Shown here: one piece after another, positions 1 through 9,510 of the stretch
Layout: each line of letters begins with the position of its first letter
Numbering within the stretch: position 1 is the stretch's first letter
From: an uncultured Candidatus Saccharibacteria bacterium
Lineage (GTDB): Bacteria > Patescibacteriota > Saccharimonadia > Saccharimonadales > AWTP1-31
Assembly (NCBI GenBank): GCA_937903325.1
Contig: CALCZR010000059.1
Location: 151,547 to 215,546 of the forward strand
Length of the DNA: 64,000 nucleotides
Direction of reading: 5' to 3'
Notes under the pieces: generated by a model
What the model was told of the DNA's origin: nothing
The model's input: the letters and a program-made list of their open reading frames with translations, nothing else
The model's database searches: none
Program-made: the position numbers and the translations under genes

Positions 1-812
1 TTAAACAGACACATAAAAACATAGAAGTTATTATCATAAACGATGGATCAATCGACAATACCAAAGAGGTTGCGGCGGAGCTTGTAAAGCGTTTCCCTGT
101 GGTTCGCTACTATGGTCAACAGAATCGGGGAATAATCACTACCCGTAACCGAGGGGTGAGTTTAGCCAAGGGCCAGTACCTCATCCAGCTCGATGCTGAC
201 GACTGGTTGCATCCTAAATATGTCGAGAAGACCCTGCGGGCAGCAGAAAAGCACAAAGCCGACGTTGTATATACACAGGCCAAGATCTTTGGGCGGGTAA
301 ACTTTGTAACCAATTTTCCAGACTTTAATATCGAATTCCTGAAGCACAATAACTTTATGCATGCCTCCTCACTGGTTAAGCGATCTGTCTTTAATGGTGA
401 TCGCCAGTACGATAAGTATCTTGGGGGTCTGCGAAACGAAGACTGGGACCTATTCTTGGATGCCTGTATGGACGGCAAACGAGCCGTACGGGTCAATGAG
501 CCTCTCCTGAACTACCGGAAGCATGCTGTGCACAAAAGCCGTTCAGATAACTTAGGGCAGGATAACCTCTTCAAGGATGCCTTGGTACGACACCATATCT
601 ACAGCAAGCAAAATGCCAAGCATCCTAAAGAGATGTGGTACTTTAGCCCCTATATCACCATGCTCAAGGAGTACATTGATGAAACATTGCAGCGAAAAGA
701 GGAGGCGCAGGTGGCTGCCGAAACAGCGGCTAACGCACCCGCTACCCTGAATATACGAGTTCCGGGTGGGCGCACCATAGAGAACCTTACGCGTCGTATC
801 CGTAAAGATTAA
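1..812 (+). CDS. Family 2 glycosyltransferase (GT2), 5'-truncated at window edge
   Basis: The in-frame translation from nt 3 reads ...IEVIIINDGSIDNTKEVAAELVKRFPVVRYYGQQNRG...LIQLDADDWL, which carries the GT2 DGS.D and D.DD motifs. The ORF runs off the 5' end of the window; the GTG at 99 is not the true start. Confidence 0.75.
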   Translation, partial: KQTHKNIEVIIINDGSIDNTKEVAAELVKRFPVVRYYGQQNRGIITTRNRGVSLAKGQYLIQLDADDWLHPKYVEKTLRAAEKHKADVVYTQAKIFGRVNFVTNFPDFNIEFLKHNNFMHASSLVKRSVFNGDRQYDKYLGGLRNEDWDLFLDACMDGKRAVRVNEPLLNYRKHAVHKSRSDNLGQDNLFKDALVRHHIYSKQNAKHPKEMWYFSPYITMLKEYIDETLQRKEEAQVAAETAANAPATLNIRVPGGRTIENLTRRIRKD

Positions 813-839
813 AAGTAGAACAAGGAAGGCCTAGTCGTG

Positions 840-1808
840 CTAGCTCTTGGGCTTAGAGCGGGCTTCAAGTGACAAGCGTTGACGGTGCTTGTCTCGTAGT
901 TTTTTGTTGCCAGCGGTATTAACGGCCACAACGAGTGCAATGTTATAGAGCGGTGACACAACGAAGTTATATGCCTTGTGCTTGAGCTTGTACTGTCCGT
1001 CTCGTGCAATAAAGTTCCAGTCTAGGAGCGTGGACTTAAATACGGATAGTACGGCTGTAAGTGGACCATAGTGAGGAGTTGCTACGCCGGTGTCTGCTAG
1101 CCCAACGTATTCATCGAACTTACGGTGGAAGAACTTTTTGAGTGGGTAGTTGTGCGAATGGAACACAGAACCCATAGGGGCGTAGGCTTTAATGTAGCCT
1201 GCTTCCAAGGCGTCAGTACCAAGGGCCTGGTCTTCGGCGTATTTAACATCTCGGAAAGGGATTTTATTCAGTATGTAGTCTCTGCGGACAGCCGAGTTAA
1301 CATCCGAAAAGAATGTCATAGGGTCTTTAGTGGGGCGGTCTGTGTTAAGAGTATTCTTGCGGTGCAGCATAATGGCGTGGTCAGGCCCAAGGTTCTTAAA
1401 TACCGAGTAGACCTCACGCTTAATATGTATAGTGCAGTTGCCTCGAGGTACTTGCTTGCCAAAGACGCAGTAAACCTTATCACTCACAGCGAATGGTTCG
1501 AGCATCGACTCTAGCCAGTATTTGTGGGCAGGTACGGCATCTTGGGTAAGATATACTACGAATTCACCCTTAGCCATCTTTGCGCCAAGATTTCGTGTTT
1601 TACCATGGCCAAATTCGGTGTTAGGTATCTGGTGCAAGCGAACCTTAGGGTACTTGGAGATAATCTTGAGGGTATCATCGGTCGAACCAGAGTCAATAAT
1701 GAGCACTTCAAATTCAAAGGCACATTCTTGCTTGAAAAGCTGTTTTAGTAGCTCGGCTAAGAACTCCTGTCCGTTATATGTTGGTAGGCAGACAGTTGCT
1801 TTAATCAT
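840..1808 (-). CDS. Family 2 glycosyltransferase
   Basis: The N-terminus CLPTYNGQEFLAELLKQLFKQ...LIIDSGSTDDT is typical of GT2 (rhamnosyltransferase-like). The 322-aa ORF overlaps the next gene by 8 nt. Confidence 0.75.
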   Translation of the reverse strand: MIKATVCLPTYNGQEFLAELLKQLFKQECAFEFEVLIIDSGSTDDTLKIISKYPKVRLHQIPNTEFGHGKTRNLGAKMAKGEFVVYLTQDAVPAHKYWLESMLEPFAVSDKVYCVFGKQVPRGNCTIHIKREVYSVFKNLGPDHAIMLHRKNTLNTDRPTKDPMTFFSDVNSAVRRDYILNKIPFRDVKYAEDQALGTDALEAGYIKAYAPMGSVFHSHNYPLKKFFHRKFDEYVGLADTGVATPHYGPLTAVLSVFKSTLLDWNFIARDGQYKLKHKAYNFVVSPLYNIALVVAVNTAGNKKLRDKHRQRLSLEARSKPKS

Positions 1809-2727
1809 GGCTCTTAATATACTCCCAGGTTTTTAAAACTCCATCTTTGAGCTCGGTTTGTGGCTTTAGGTTAAACTCTTGCTCAAATTTCGACGTGTCT
1901 AGTACGATCTGCTCTACGAAGGTAACAGGCTTAGGCTCGTGATTCACTTGGACATCCTGACCAGTAGCTTCAGTAATAACTTCCACGAGTTCATTAACTG
2001 AAACTCCATGACCGCTACCTAAGTTGTAGACCCCCTCGCTAGCTGTAGCAAACGATTCGGCGATCATCTGGGCAGCATCTTTTACGTAGAGGTAGTCACG
2101 TACCATGCTGCCGTCACCAAGAACGGTTATCGCCTCATGCTGAGCGATGCGATGCAGAAAGATTGGAATAACACCTTGCTTATTAGCCAGGGGTTGTCGT
2201 TCGCCATACGGGTTAGAGATACGGTAGATCAGGCTATTGAGCCCGTGCTTCTTCTCGAAGTAGCGCAGATAGTGCTCAATGGTTAATTTACCTATCGCAT
2301 ACGGCGAGATAGGTAATGGCAAGACGTCTTCACTGACTGAGCCACCACTGTTCAAACCGTAGATACTGCCGCCCGTGGAAGCAAAGATGACTTTCTGGAT
2401 ATTGCCGTTGTCGACACATTCTTGCAGGAGCTCAATGGTCATCCGAATGTTGGTGTCGACGTCTATGAGAGGGTCAGCTTCAGAAGTAATAGGGGTAGTT
2501 GTAGAGATAAAGTGGAACACATAGTCGATACCCTTTAGGGCGTTCTGTAGGTCGCTGCGATTCAAGAAGTCTCCAATGAACCGCTCTACCTTTGGGTTGT
2601 CGTTGAACTGGATCTGCGAGTTGCTGTAACGGTCAAAGGCACGCACGGAGTGGCCAGATGCTACGAGTGCGTCAACGAGGTGACTACCAATAAAGCCGTT
2701 ACCGCCAAGTACTAGGCAATTAGCCAT
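1801..2727 (-). CDS. NAD-dependent epimerase/dehydratase (SDR family)
   Basis: The Rossmann motif LVLGGNGFIGSHLVDAL appears right after the internal Met (MANCLV...). The start was chosen at the ATG at 2727 rather than the longest ORF (2823) because it gives an 8-nt ATGGCTAA overlap with the upstream gene. Confidence 0.75.
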   Translation of the reverse strand: MANCLVLGGNGFIGSHLVDALVASGHSVRAFDRYSNSQIQFNDNPKVERFIGDFLNRSDLQNALKGIDYVFHFISTTTPITSEADPLIDVDTNIRMTIELLQECVDNGNIQKVIFASTGGSIYGLNSGGSVSEDVLPLPISPYAIGKLTIEHYLRYFEKKHGLNSLIYRISNPYGERQPLANKQGVIPIFLHRIAQHEAITVLGDGSMVRDYLYVKDAAQMIAESFATASEGVYNLGSGHGVSVNELVEVITEATGQDVQVNHEPKPVTFVEQIVLDTSKFEQEFNLKPQTELKDGVLKTWEYIKSHD

Positions 2728-3955
2728 TGCGGAGCTTCCTTTCAACGATCTGCACAAACTTCGCTCCCGATGCGTCCCAGTTTTGGTTTGCCGGACTGTC
2801 AGAAGCTTTTTGAGAATGGGCAAGTAAGTCCTTGCGCGACACTACCTCTGACAAGCGATCTGCAAGGGCTTGTGGATTGTTGGCAACATACTCAATGTAC
2901 TTGTTATCTGAGACCTGACGGTTGTTGTCGCCGTCGTTGACGACCGGTATTACCCCACAGGCCATAAGCTCCAATGGAAGTAATGACATGTTGGTGAGTG
3001 ACATCACAAGGGCCACAGAGCAGCAATTATAGAGACCAGGCAGATCACTTAGTGGGAGGCTTGAGAGGTTCTTGAACGGGAAGGGGATGTCGTAGTCTGA
3101 AACATCCCAACCAGCTAAGTTAATGGTGTACTCAGGGTGTTTCTGGTGGAATAGGTCAAGTGCCATAATGCCGATTTCAAACCCTCGACGGGGGGTCACA
3201 GGTCGAGCATAGAAGAATATTTCCTTACGCTGTTCTTTGTTTATGTTCTCGTAGAAGGCAGTATCGGCCCCAAAGTCAAAGTGGTCCGTTTCCATCTTGA
3301 AGTCAGAGCGTAGTTTGTTGGCGAGCCAGCCACCAGCCGTAACACCGAAAAAGTTAAATCGGTAGGTGTTCTCAGCCAGGATTGATTCAGATCCGGTAGG
3401 GTAGAAGTAGGGTTCGTAATCTTGCACAAAATAAAAACGTTGGGCGTCGGACTTACTTAAGAACACTGGGTAGGCGGTTTCCCAGCCAGTAGCAAAAATC
3501 GCATCCGCTTCGGCCATTTCCCCGTCCAGCCATTCAATAGAGGCATTAATCTTGGCGTACGAGTCTTTGAGGACTTCATTAACCTCGGCTATAGAGCGCT
3601 TGTCGAAGGTGCTATATAGGTAGATCCGGCAGGTGTGACCTGCTTGCTCAAGGAAGCGAATAAAGCGAAAGAGGTTCTGGTGGCCACCACTGCCTTTGCC
3701 CGGAGGTGACATCACCCAGTTAACAGTATATGAATCTTTCTTGACGGGTTTCTTCCACTGGCGTTTTTTAGACCAATCTGCCCGCTGAGCATCTTCGTAG
3801 CTGACAAGTGTATGAAGGTGATGTTTTGTCTTGGCTCCAGGGATAATGGTGGCGTGGACTTTCTTGAGTCCTTTGACTGCCAATGTTGGTACGCCTTCGT
3901 TTTTTGCAATTCGGGAAGCGGCGAGTAGTTTTTGTCGTATATTTCTTTGAGCCAT
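2720..3955 (-). CDS. GT-B fold glycosyltransferase (GT4/GT1-like)
   Basis: The 411-aa ORF has an N-terminal SPPGKGSGGHQNLFRFIRFLEQAGH motif typical of GT-B glycosyltransferases. It is co-oriented with the GT2 and epimerase genes. Confidence 0.6.
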   Translation of the reverse strand: MAQRNIRQKLLAASRIAKNEGVPTLAVKGLKKVHATIIPGAKTKHHLHTLVSYEDAQRADWSKKRQWKKPVKKDSYTVNWVMSPPGKGSGGHQNLFRFIRFLEQAGHTCRIYLYSTFDKRSIAEVNEVLKDSYAKINASIEWLDGEMAEADAIFATGWETAYPVFLSKSDAQRFYFVQDYEPYFYPTGSESILAENTYRFNFFGVTAGGWLANKLRSDFKMETDHFDFGADTAFYENINKEQRKEIFFYARPVTPRRGFEIGIMALDLFHQKHPEYTINLAGWDVSDYDIPFPFKNLSSLPLSDLPGLYNCCSVALVMSLTNMSLLPLELMACGVIPVVNDGDNNRQVSDNKYIEYVANNPQALADRLSEVVSRKDLLAHSQKASDSPANQNWDASGAKFVQIVERKLRNG

Positions 3956-4062
3956 AGTCCAGCCCTTAGTATAGCAAACAAGCGGCGGGTAATTGTAAGA
4001 CTAACTAAATGGTGTTAAAATCTATATAGTGCATACGCTTAAAGAGCTTAAAATAAAAAGAC

Positions 4063-4611
4063 ATGAAAAAAATAAACTTTAGATCACGTACCACCGTAAT
4101 AACTCTTGTAACCCTGGGAGTACTGCTTATTGGGGGAGGTCTTGTCTGGGCTCAACCGTGGAATAACGACGACACTAAAAAACCTGTTGTAAATGGTCCA
4201 GATCGACCGCAGCCCATAAGCGGAGAAGCCAATCTAGATCCTCCAACAGAGCAAGAGAAGCAAGAGGCAGAAGCGCACAAAGATGAACTTGTACAGCAGC
4301 AAAACGAAGCTAACCAGACACCAAGCAACCAGAAGAAGCAAGTAACGGTGACTATTACCAATGCGACTAAATCTATGACGAATGTCTATGTCAGCGGCGT
4401 GGTGGAGGACGGAGGTGAATGCAGCGCAGTATATAAGAAGGGTTTTACCACTGTAACGGCAACGTCAGCAGGATTCAGTAACGCGACAACTACTAACTGT
4501 GAACCGCTGACGCCAAACCTGCCTTCTGACGGTGATTGGTCAGTAACAGTTAGCTATAACTCTGCTCGAGCTTCAGGTAGCTCTGCAGCGGTAACATTTA
4601 AGACGCCCTAA
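4063..4611 (+). CDS. Secreted or membrane-anchored hypothetical protein
   Basis: An ATG start is followed by a basic N-terminus and one hydrophobic helix (VITLVTLGVLLIGGGLVWA) that could be a signal peptide or anchor. The mature part is Ser/Thr/Gln-rich and 182 aa long. Confidence 0.5.
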   Translation: MKKINFRSRTTVITLVTLGVLLIGGGLVWAQPWNNDDTKKPVVNGPDRPQPISGEANLDPPTEQEKQEAEAHKDELVQQQNEANQTPSNQKKQVTVTITNATKSMTNVYVSGVVEDGGECSAVYKKGFTTVTATSAGFSNATTTNCEPLTPNLPSDGDWSVTVSYNSARASGSSAAVTFKTP

Positions 4612-4614
4612 CTT

Positions 4615-6975
4615 ATGATGAAATTGCATCGTACCATCAGCATTATGTCGTCCACAGTAGTTGGACTATTTCTGCTTGTTGCCGTTGCCGCTCCCATTAA
4701 GAGCGCAGCACTTTCTGGCAGTGACTTCAACGTCGCTCGAATTATTGATGATACGGTCTTCTTTAACCCAAGCACCATGAATGAAGGAGATATTCAAAAC
4801 TTCTTGAATGCCAAAGTCCCCTCATGTGATGTATGGGGTACGGGGCCGTCTGGCCGCAGTGGCTATGCAACTCGTGCTGACTGGGGTAGGGCAAACGGTA
4901 ATCCACCGCCATACACCTGTTTGCGTGACTACTCCCAACAGGCGAGCGGCATCGCGGCAAATAGCTACTGTGGAGCGTTAAACGGTGGTACGCGGTCTGC
5001 AGCTAACACTATCTTTGACGTATCCCGAGCCTGTAACCTAAATCCACAAACCATATTAGTACTACTCCAAAAAGAGCAGAGCCTTATTACTGACGATTGG
5101 CCTTGGCCTATCCAGTATCGCAGCGCCACTGGATATGGCTGTCCTGACACTGCTCCGTGTGACGCCGAGTATTATGGCTTCTTTAACCAAGTTTATAACG
5201 CAGCTAAACAGTTTAGGCGCTATACGATGCAGCCTAACTCATTTAACTATGCCTCCGGCCGCACGAGCTTTATATCGTATCAAGCTAATAACCCTGGTTG
5301 TAGCGGTACGAATGTAACAATACAAAACGGAGCGACAGCTGCCCTATATAACTACACACCGTACCAGCCGAATGCTGCTGCCCTTGCTAATCTGTACGGC
5401 ACAGGAGATGGGTGCAGTGCCTATGGCAACCGTAACTTCTGGCGTATGTTCAATGACTGGTTTGGCCCAACACTCGGTGACCTCGTGCGCACTCCCGATG
5501 ACGCCACGGTATATCTCATTAGCGGTATTTACAAGTATCCTATTGCAGATGGGTCGGTGCTGAACGACTTTGGTGGCCTTGGACCTATACGCTTTGTGAC
5601 TAATGAATACATAGGCAATAAGACGACCGGGCCAGTACTAGGGCATATGGTTGGTGCGCCAGATGGCACGCTGTACTTTGTGAATGCCGGCATAAAACTA
5701 CCGTTTACTTCCTGTGACATGGTTGCCCAGTACGGATATAGCTGTAGCCAGGTTATTCAACTCAGCGACGGGCAGCTCAGCAGGCTGTATACCGGGCCCA
5801 ATATTACTGCCTATTACAACACTACATCAGGTAAGAGGTTCTACATATCAGGTGGTCAGAAGCGAGAAGTATTTGATACCACTTCCCTTACGCAAGCCTC
5901 GCTCGGTGGCAACGCCAATACCTTACTCGAAGCAGGGCTATCGTATCTTCCGTACGGTCAGCCTGTTATCCGAAACGGCGTCATAGCTACCAGTAGGGCC
6001 TCGGGCACGGAGTTCTATTACGACACAAGTCAATATATGGCTATAGGGAGTGACTTTAAGAATTCTAGTAGCTTCGCCAGCCTACCGCACAGTTCTCTCG
6101 ATGATGCTTCCATTCCATCTGGTCAGCGAGCAACTGGATTCAAGGGCTTCATTAAGAATAACGCCTCATCTCAGTACTACGTTATTACGGATACTGGCAA
6201 AGCAGCGCTAACTAACCCGAGCAGCTGGACCGGCAGCTTTACGACCATGAGTGATAGCTTCTTGAGTTCTTCGCCAACCAATAGTACCGGGCAGATTAAC
6301 AATGGGGTCGTAAAGTCGACCGACGACGGTACGGTTTACTATGTAACCGGTGCTAAGAAGCGACCAATTGCTAGCTGGAACGACCTGGTAACGTTGAGCG
6401 GTGGTTCAGTGACCATTACGACACTCAAGAACGCTACTATTAACGGCATAACCAACGGACCACTGTACTCAGCTCCCGGCACGCTCATTAAGTCTGTTAG
6501 TAATGCCACGGTGTACATTGTTAGTGGAGATACGCAGCTGTACCCAATCTCGAGCTTTACTTTCCCACAAGAAATGGGCCTGGCATTAAGCGTTCGGACA
6601 ATATCAGATGCAGATGTACAGACTTACAGTGTCCAGAATACGACGCTCCGCAATAAGCTCCTGTGTAACAGTAAGTATTACGTGGCCAACAAGGGTGAAA
6701 TGTGGGAAGTACCGTCAGGGCTCATGGCTGAATATGGGTTTCAGTCTGGTGACTTCCAGGACGTTGGGGCAAGTCTCTGCAGTGCCCTCAAGAAGTACAG
6801 TACTCTCACGAGATACATCCGAACAAGTGACGGAACCATCTACTACATAACAGGTGGTAAGAAGCGTGCTTTTACGTCATACCAGACGTACACATCCAGT
6901 GGTGGTAGCGCGGCGAACACTGCTTTAGTTTCGGATTTCTTTGCTACAATGATTAGCAGTGGCCCAAATATGTAA
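4615..6975 (+). CDS. Secreted 786-aa protein with a Cys-rich N-terminal domain and nine tandem degenerate repeats of about 50 aa
   Basis: A signal peptide (MSSTVVGLFLLVAVAAPIKSAAL) precedes a domain with more than 12 Cys (SCDVWG, GYGCPDTAPCD, GDGCSAYG). Nine repeats then follow with the core [TS]-x-[YF]-Y-[IV]-x-x-G-x-K-[KR]-x-[IF], for example TVYYVTGAKKRPIAS and TIYYITGGKKRAFTS. Confidence 0.6.
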   Translation: MMKLHRTISIMSSTVVGLFLLVAVAAPIKSAALSGSDFNVARIIDDTVFFNPSTMNEGDIQNFLNAKVPSCDVWGTGPSGRSGYATRADWGRANGNPPPYTCLRDYSQQASGIAANSYCGALNGGTRSAANTIFDVSRACNLNPQTILVLLQKEQSLITDDWPWPIQYRSATGYGCPDTAPCDAEYYGFFNQVYNAAKQFRRYTMQPNSFNYASGRTSFISYQANNPGCSGTNVTIQNGATAALYNYTPYQPNAAALANLYGTGDGCSAYGNRNFWRMFNDWFGPTLGDLVRTPDDATVYLISGIYKYPIADGSVLNDFGGLGPIRFVTNEYIGNKTTGPVLGHMVGAPDGTLYFVNAGIKLPFTSCDMVAQYGYSCSQVIQLSDGQLSRLYTGPNITAYYNTTSGKRFYISGGQKREVFDTTSLTQASLGGNANTLLEAGLSYLPYGQPVIRNGVIATSRASGTEFYYDTSQYMAIGSDFKNSSSFASLPHSSLDDASIPSGQRATGFKGFIKNNASSQYYVITDTGKAALTNPSSWTGSFTTMSDSFLSSSPTNSTGQINNGVVKSTDDGTVYYVTGAKKRPIASWNDLVTLSGGSVTITTLKNATINGITNGPLYSAPGTLIKSVSNATVYIVSGDTQLYPISSFTFPQEMGLALSVRTISDADVQTYSVQNTTLRNKLLCNSKYYVANKGEMWEVPSGLMAEYGFQSGDFQDVGASLCSALKKYSTLTRYIRTSDGTIYYITGGKKRAFTSYQTYTSSGGSAANTALVSDFFATMISSGPNM

Positions 6976-7008
6976 AACTTGCCAGTAGTTGGCAATAAGG
7001 CGGCAATC

Positions 7009-8433
7009 ATGCGGTTAGTAAACCCTAGGTCCATCTTTAAGAGGACTCGGAAACTTGAGAACATTTCTCCAGTAAAGTTCTTTATTATATTGGCAGCCAT
7101 ATTTGGCCTAACTTTCTTGCTCATCACTCCACCGTTTCAGGGGGCTGACGAAACAACTCATTTCCTGCGAGCCTACCAGGTTTCCAAGCCTGACTTTATG
7201 TCAGACAAGCAGGGCACGGATGTCGGTGGAGTCTTGCCGGTATCCATTGGACAGGCTATAGACGCCGTGCACCCAGACGCGGTTACCTTTTACCCTGCTC
7301 TCAAGTATGATGGACACCGCACCCGAATAGCCCTCGGCGTAGATAACACTCCAAAAGAAAAGTTCTACTCCTTCCCCGGAACGGCTAGCTACTCCCCGGT
7401 AGCCTACCTAGGCGCCGCGCCAGGGATAGCAGTCAGCAGGCTGCTGAGACTGCCAAGCATTGTCGCACTATATGCAGGACGCCTTGGGAATCTTTTGCTC
7501 TGGATCGGGATGCTTGCCTGGGCAATCGCCCTTATACCACGTCGCAAGTGGGTCTTAGTATTCTTAGGGCTACTCCCCATGGCCCTGTTCCAGGCAGCTA
7601 CTATTAATGGGGACGCCGTAACCTTTGGTAGTCTTGCATTGCTACTAGCGATGGTGCTCAACTTTAGAGAGCAGAAGAAGCTTAGCAACAAGCAGTTATT
7701 GCTGCTGGTGAGTGTCGCCACCATTATGGTGCTTGGTAAACAGGTTATGATCCTCTTCCTGCCACTATTCCTGCTGCTCAAGAAAGAGTCCTTTGCCGTT
7801 AAGGGCAAGCGGACACACCTACTTATTAAGTTTGGTCTCATGGTCTTGCCGTTCCTCATTTACTGCGCATGGGTGCTACTTTCCAAAGACGTTGGCGGCG
7901 GCGGGCCCTATACTCACGGTGAAGACCCCAGTAAGCAGCTGAGCTTTGTAATGCATAACCCCCACAGTTTTCTTAATGTACTGTGGAACACCTACTTCTT
8001 TACCTGGGGAGACGGCATTACTCGTTCGCTTATCGGCTCATTCGGGTGGAATGACGCACCACTTTCTGAACTCATCGTAAGTATTGGATACGCAGGCGGT
8101 GCACTCCTGGCCTTTAGTACCTATAGGAAGTCGGACGACCTGGCCTTGAGTCGCTACGAGAAATTCCTGATTGCAGCCATGGCTGCACTGTATCTGGTCG
8201 GGGTCAGTGCTTCACTGTACCTGTTCTACTCACCAGTCGCCTACAAGATTGTATACGGCCTACAAGGCAGATACTTTATTCCAATGCTGGCACTGCTCCT
8301 GCCATTCGTGGCCAGTAAAAAGATCAAGCTAGACCAAGATCTATACCTCAAAGTTGCGGTTGCCCTGCCAACCTTCTTGCTTATTGCCAGTACGATCACT
8401 ATCTATGTCCGTTACTACATACACAACGTGTAA
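7009..8433 (+). CDS. Polytopic membrane protein, DUF2142-like (putative GT-C-type glycosyltransferase)
   Basis: The protein has more than 10 TM helices and a first extracytoplasmic loop reading PPFQGADETTHFLRAYQV. It is paralogous to the 23824..25272 product. The longest ORF starts at a TTG at 6979; the ATG at 7009 with an upstream AAGGCGG is preferred. Confidence 0.5.
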   Translation: MRLVNPRSIFKRTRKLENISPVKFFIILAAIFGLTFLLITPPFQGADETTHFLRAYQVSKPDFMSDKQGTDVGGVLPVSIGQAIDAVHPDAVTFYPALKYDGHRTRIALGVDNTPKEKFYSFPGTASYSPVAYLGAAPGIAVSRLLRLPSIVALYAGRLGNLLLWIGMLAWAIALIPRRKWVLVFLGLLPMALFQAATINGDAVTFGSLALLLAMVLNFREQKKLSNKQLLLLVSVATIMVLGKQVMILFLPLFLLLKKESFAVKGKRTHLLIKFGLMVLPFLIYCAWVLLSKDVGGGGPYTHGEDPSKQLSFVMHNPHSFLNVLWNTYFFTWGDGITRSLIGSFGWNDAPLSELIVSIGYAGGALLAFSTYRKSDDLALSRYEKFLIAAMAALYLVGVSASLYLFYSPVAYKIVYGLQGRYFIPMLALLLPFVASKKIKLDQDLYLKVAVALPTFLLIASTITIYVRYYIHNV

Positions 8434-8488
8434 ACACTTACCAAACCGAAAGATGCCGGCGACAGCGGGCTTGTTGAGGATAGACTGC

Positions 8489-8842
8489 TTACTTGTGTAG
8501 ATTAAGTAGGACGAGGCCGCCAAAGATAAGGACGATACCCATTATGCGTGCTACCGTGAAGGCTTCTTTAAAGATAAGGAAGGATGCCGAGAAGATAAAG
8601 ATGTAGATAAGGGCGGTTGAGACAGGGACAATATAGCCCAGGTCATTCTGAGAGATAAGGTAGGTATAGACGACAAAACTGAAGCCGTAGAGCATTAGGC
8701 CGGCAATAACGTAAGGTGTCAGGTTAAGGCTGAGCTTACTGTCCACAAAAGATACTGGTGCGCCAGATCGGCTACCAAGCTTGAGGAAGATTAAACCCAA
8801 AGAGGAAGACATTGTGTACACAAGAAGAATGAGATTCGCCAT
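8489..8842 (-). CDS. Small four-TM DMT/SMR-like protein (ArnE/ArnF-like flippase subunit candidate)
   Basis: The ORF is 117 aa with four hydrophobic helices and an EamA-half-like sequence. Confidence 0.5.
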   Translation of the reverse strand: MANLILLVYTMSSSLGLIFLKLGSRSGAPVSFVDSKLSLNLTPYVIAGLMLYGFSFVVYTYLISQNDLGYIVPVSTALIYIFIFSASFLIFKEAFTVARIMGIVLIFGGLVLLNLHK

Positions 8843-8907
8843 TTATATAAGTATACAGTATGGGCAGTCAATTAACGGGCATACCGAACGCGCAAGGGAG
8901 GTTCGAT

Positions 8908-9471
8908 TCATAAACACTCCTCTAAGAGCTCAGGAAAGGCCTCAGTGCCCAAATCTTCGTAACAAAAATGTCCATAATTATGGAAGTCGATAAATTTTGC
9001 CGACGGTATTTTATTGCGTAGAAAGTCAACGCTGTCACGGATGTCTTGAGCGTCGTTGTCTGAGGAGAGAATTGTCAATGTTTCTGTCTGACGAATTATT
9101 TCAGGATTAAAATCAAAGTCGAAAAATTTAGTACCATCTTCTTTCTTCACATTTAGCCAGGGGGCTACTAGAACTATTTTGCGAACCTGTAGGTCAGGAT
9201 GCTCTGACAAGTATCGAATCCAGAATCCACCGCCTGTACTGTGGCCAACTAGGATTGTATCTTTGTGTATGTCAAATCGCTCAACTTCTTTGAGCCAGAC
9301 ATTGTACTGGGGTTCATAGGCGTCGGGGCACTCAGGAGTGTCTGCTTTAATCCCTTTAGTCATTAACTGGTTTTGGAGCCAGCTTATCCAATGGGAGTTA
9401 CTGGCACTGGGCTGATTACCGTCAAAGTACTCTTCTTTACCTGGTCGCCCATGAAGGATGATCGCATTCAT
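8908..9471 (-). CDS. Alpha/beta hydrolase (YdeN/RBBP9-like serine hydrolase)
   Basis: A GHSTGG nucleophile-elbow motif sits in a 187-aa protein of the typical size and order for the DUF1234/YdeN family. Confidence 0.55.
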   Translation of the reverse strand: MNAIILHGRPGKEEYFDGNQPSASNSHWISWLQNQLMTKGIKADTPECPDAYEPQYNVWLKEVERFDIHKDTILVGHSTGGGFWIRYLSEHPDLQVRKIVLVAPWLNVKKEDGTKFFDFDFNPEIIRQTETLTILSSDNDAQDIRDSVDFLRNKIPSAKFIDFHNYGHFCYEDLGTEAFPELLEECL

Positions 9472-9510
9472 GGGTACATCATATCAGAGTAAAGTTCTGA
9501 GAAGGTAAAG

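Noticed and set aside
7404-7859. 151-aa minus-strand ORF
   Set aside because: It is antisense inside the DUF2142-like membrane protein gene.
8860-8905. tRNA-like T-arm sequence GGGAGGTTCGATTCA on the plus strand
   Set aside because: No complementary T-stem, acceptor stem or anticodon arm could be built on either strand, so this is a chance match to the GGTTCGA motif.
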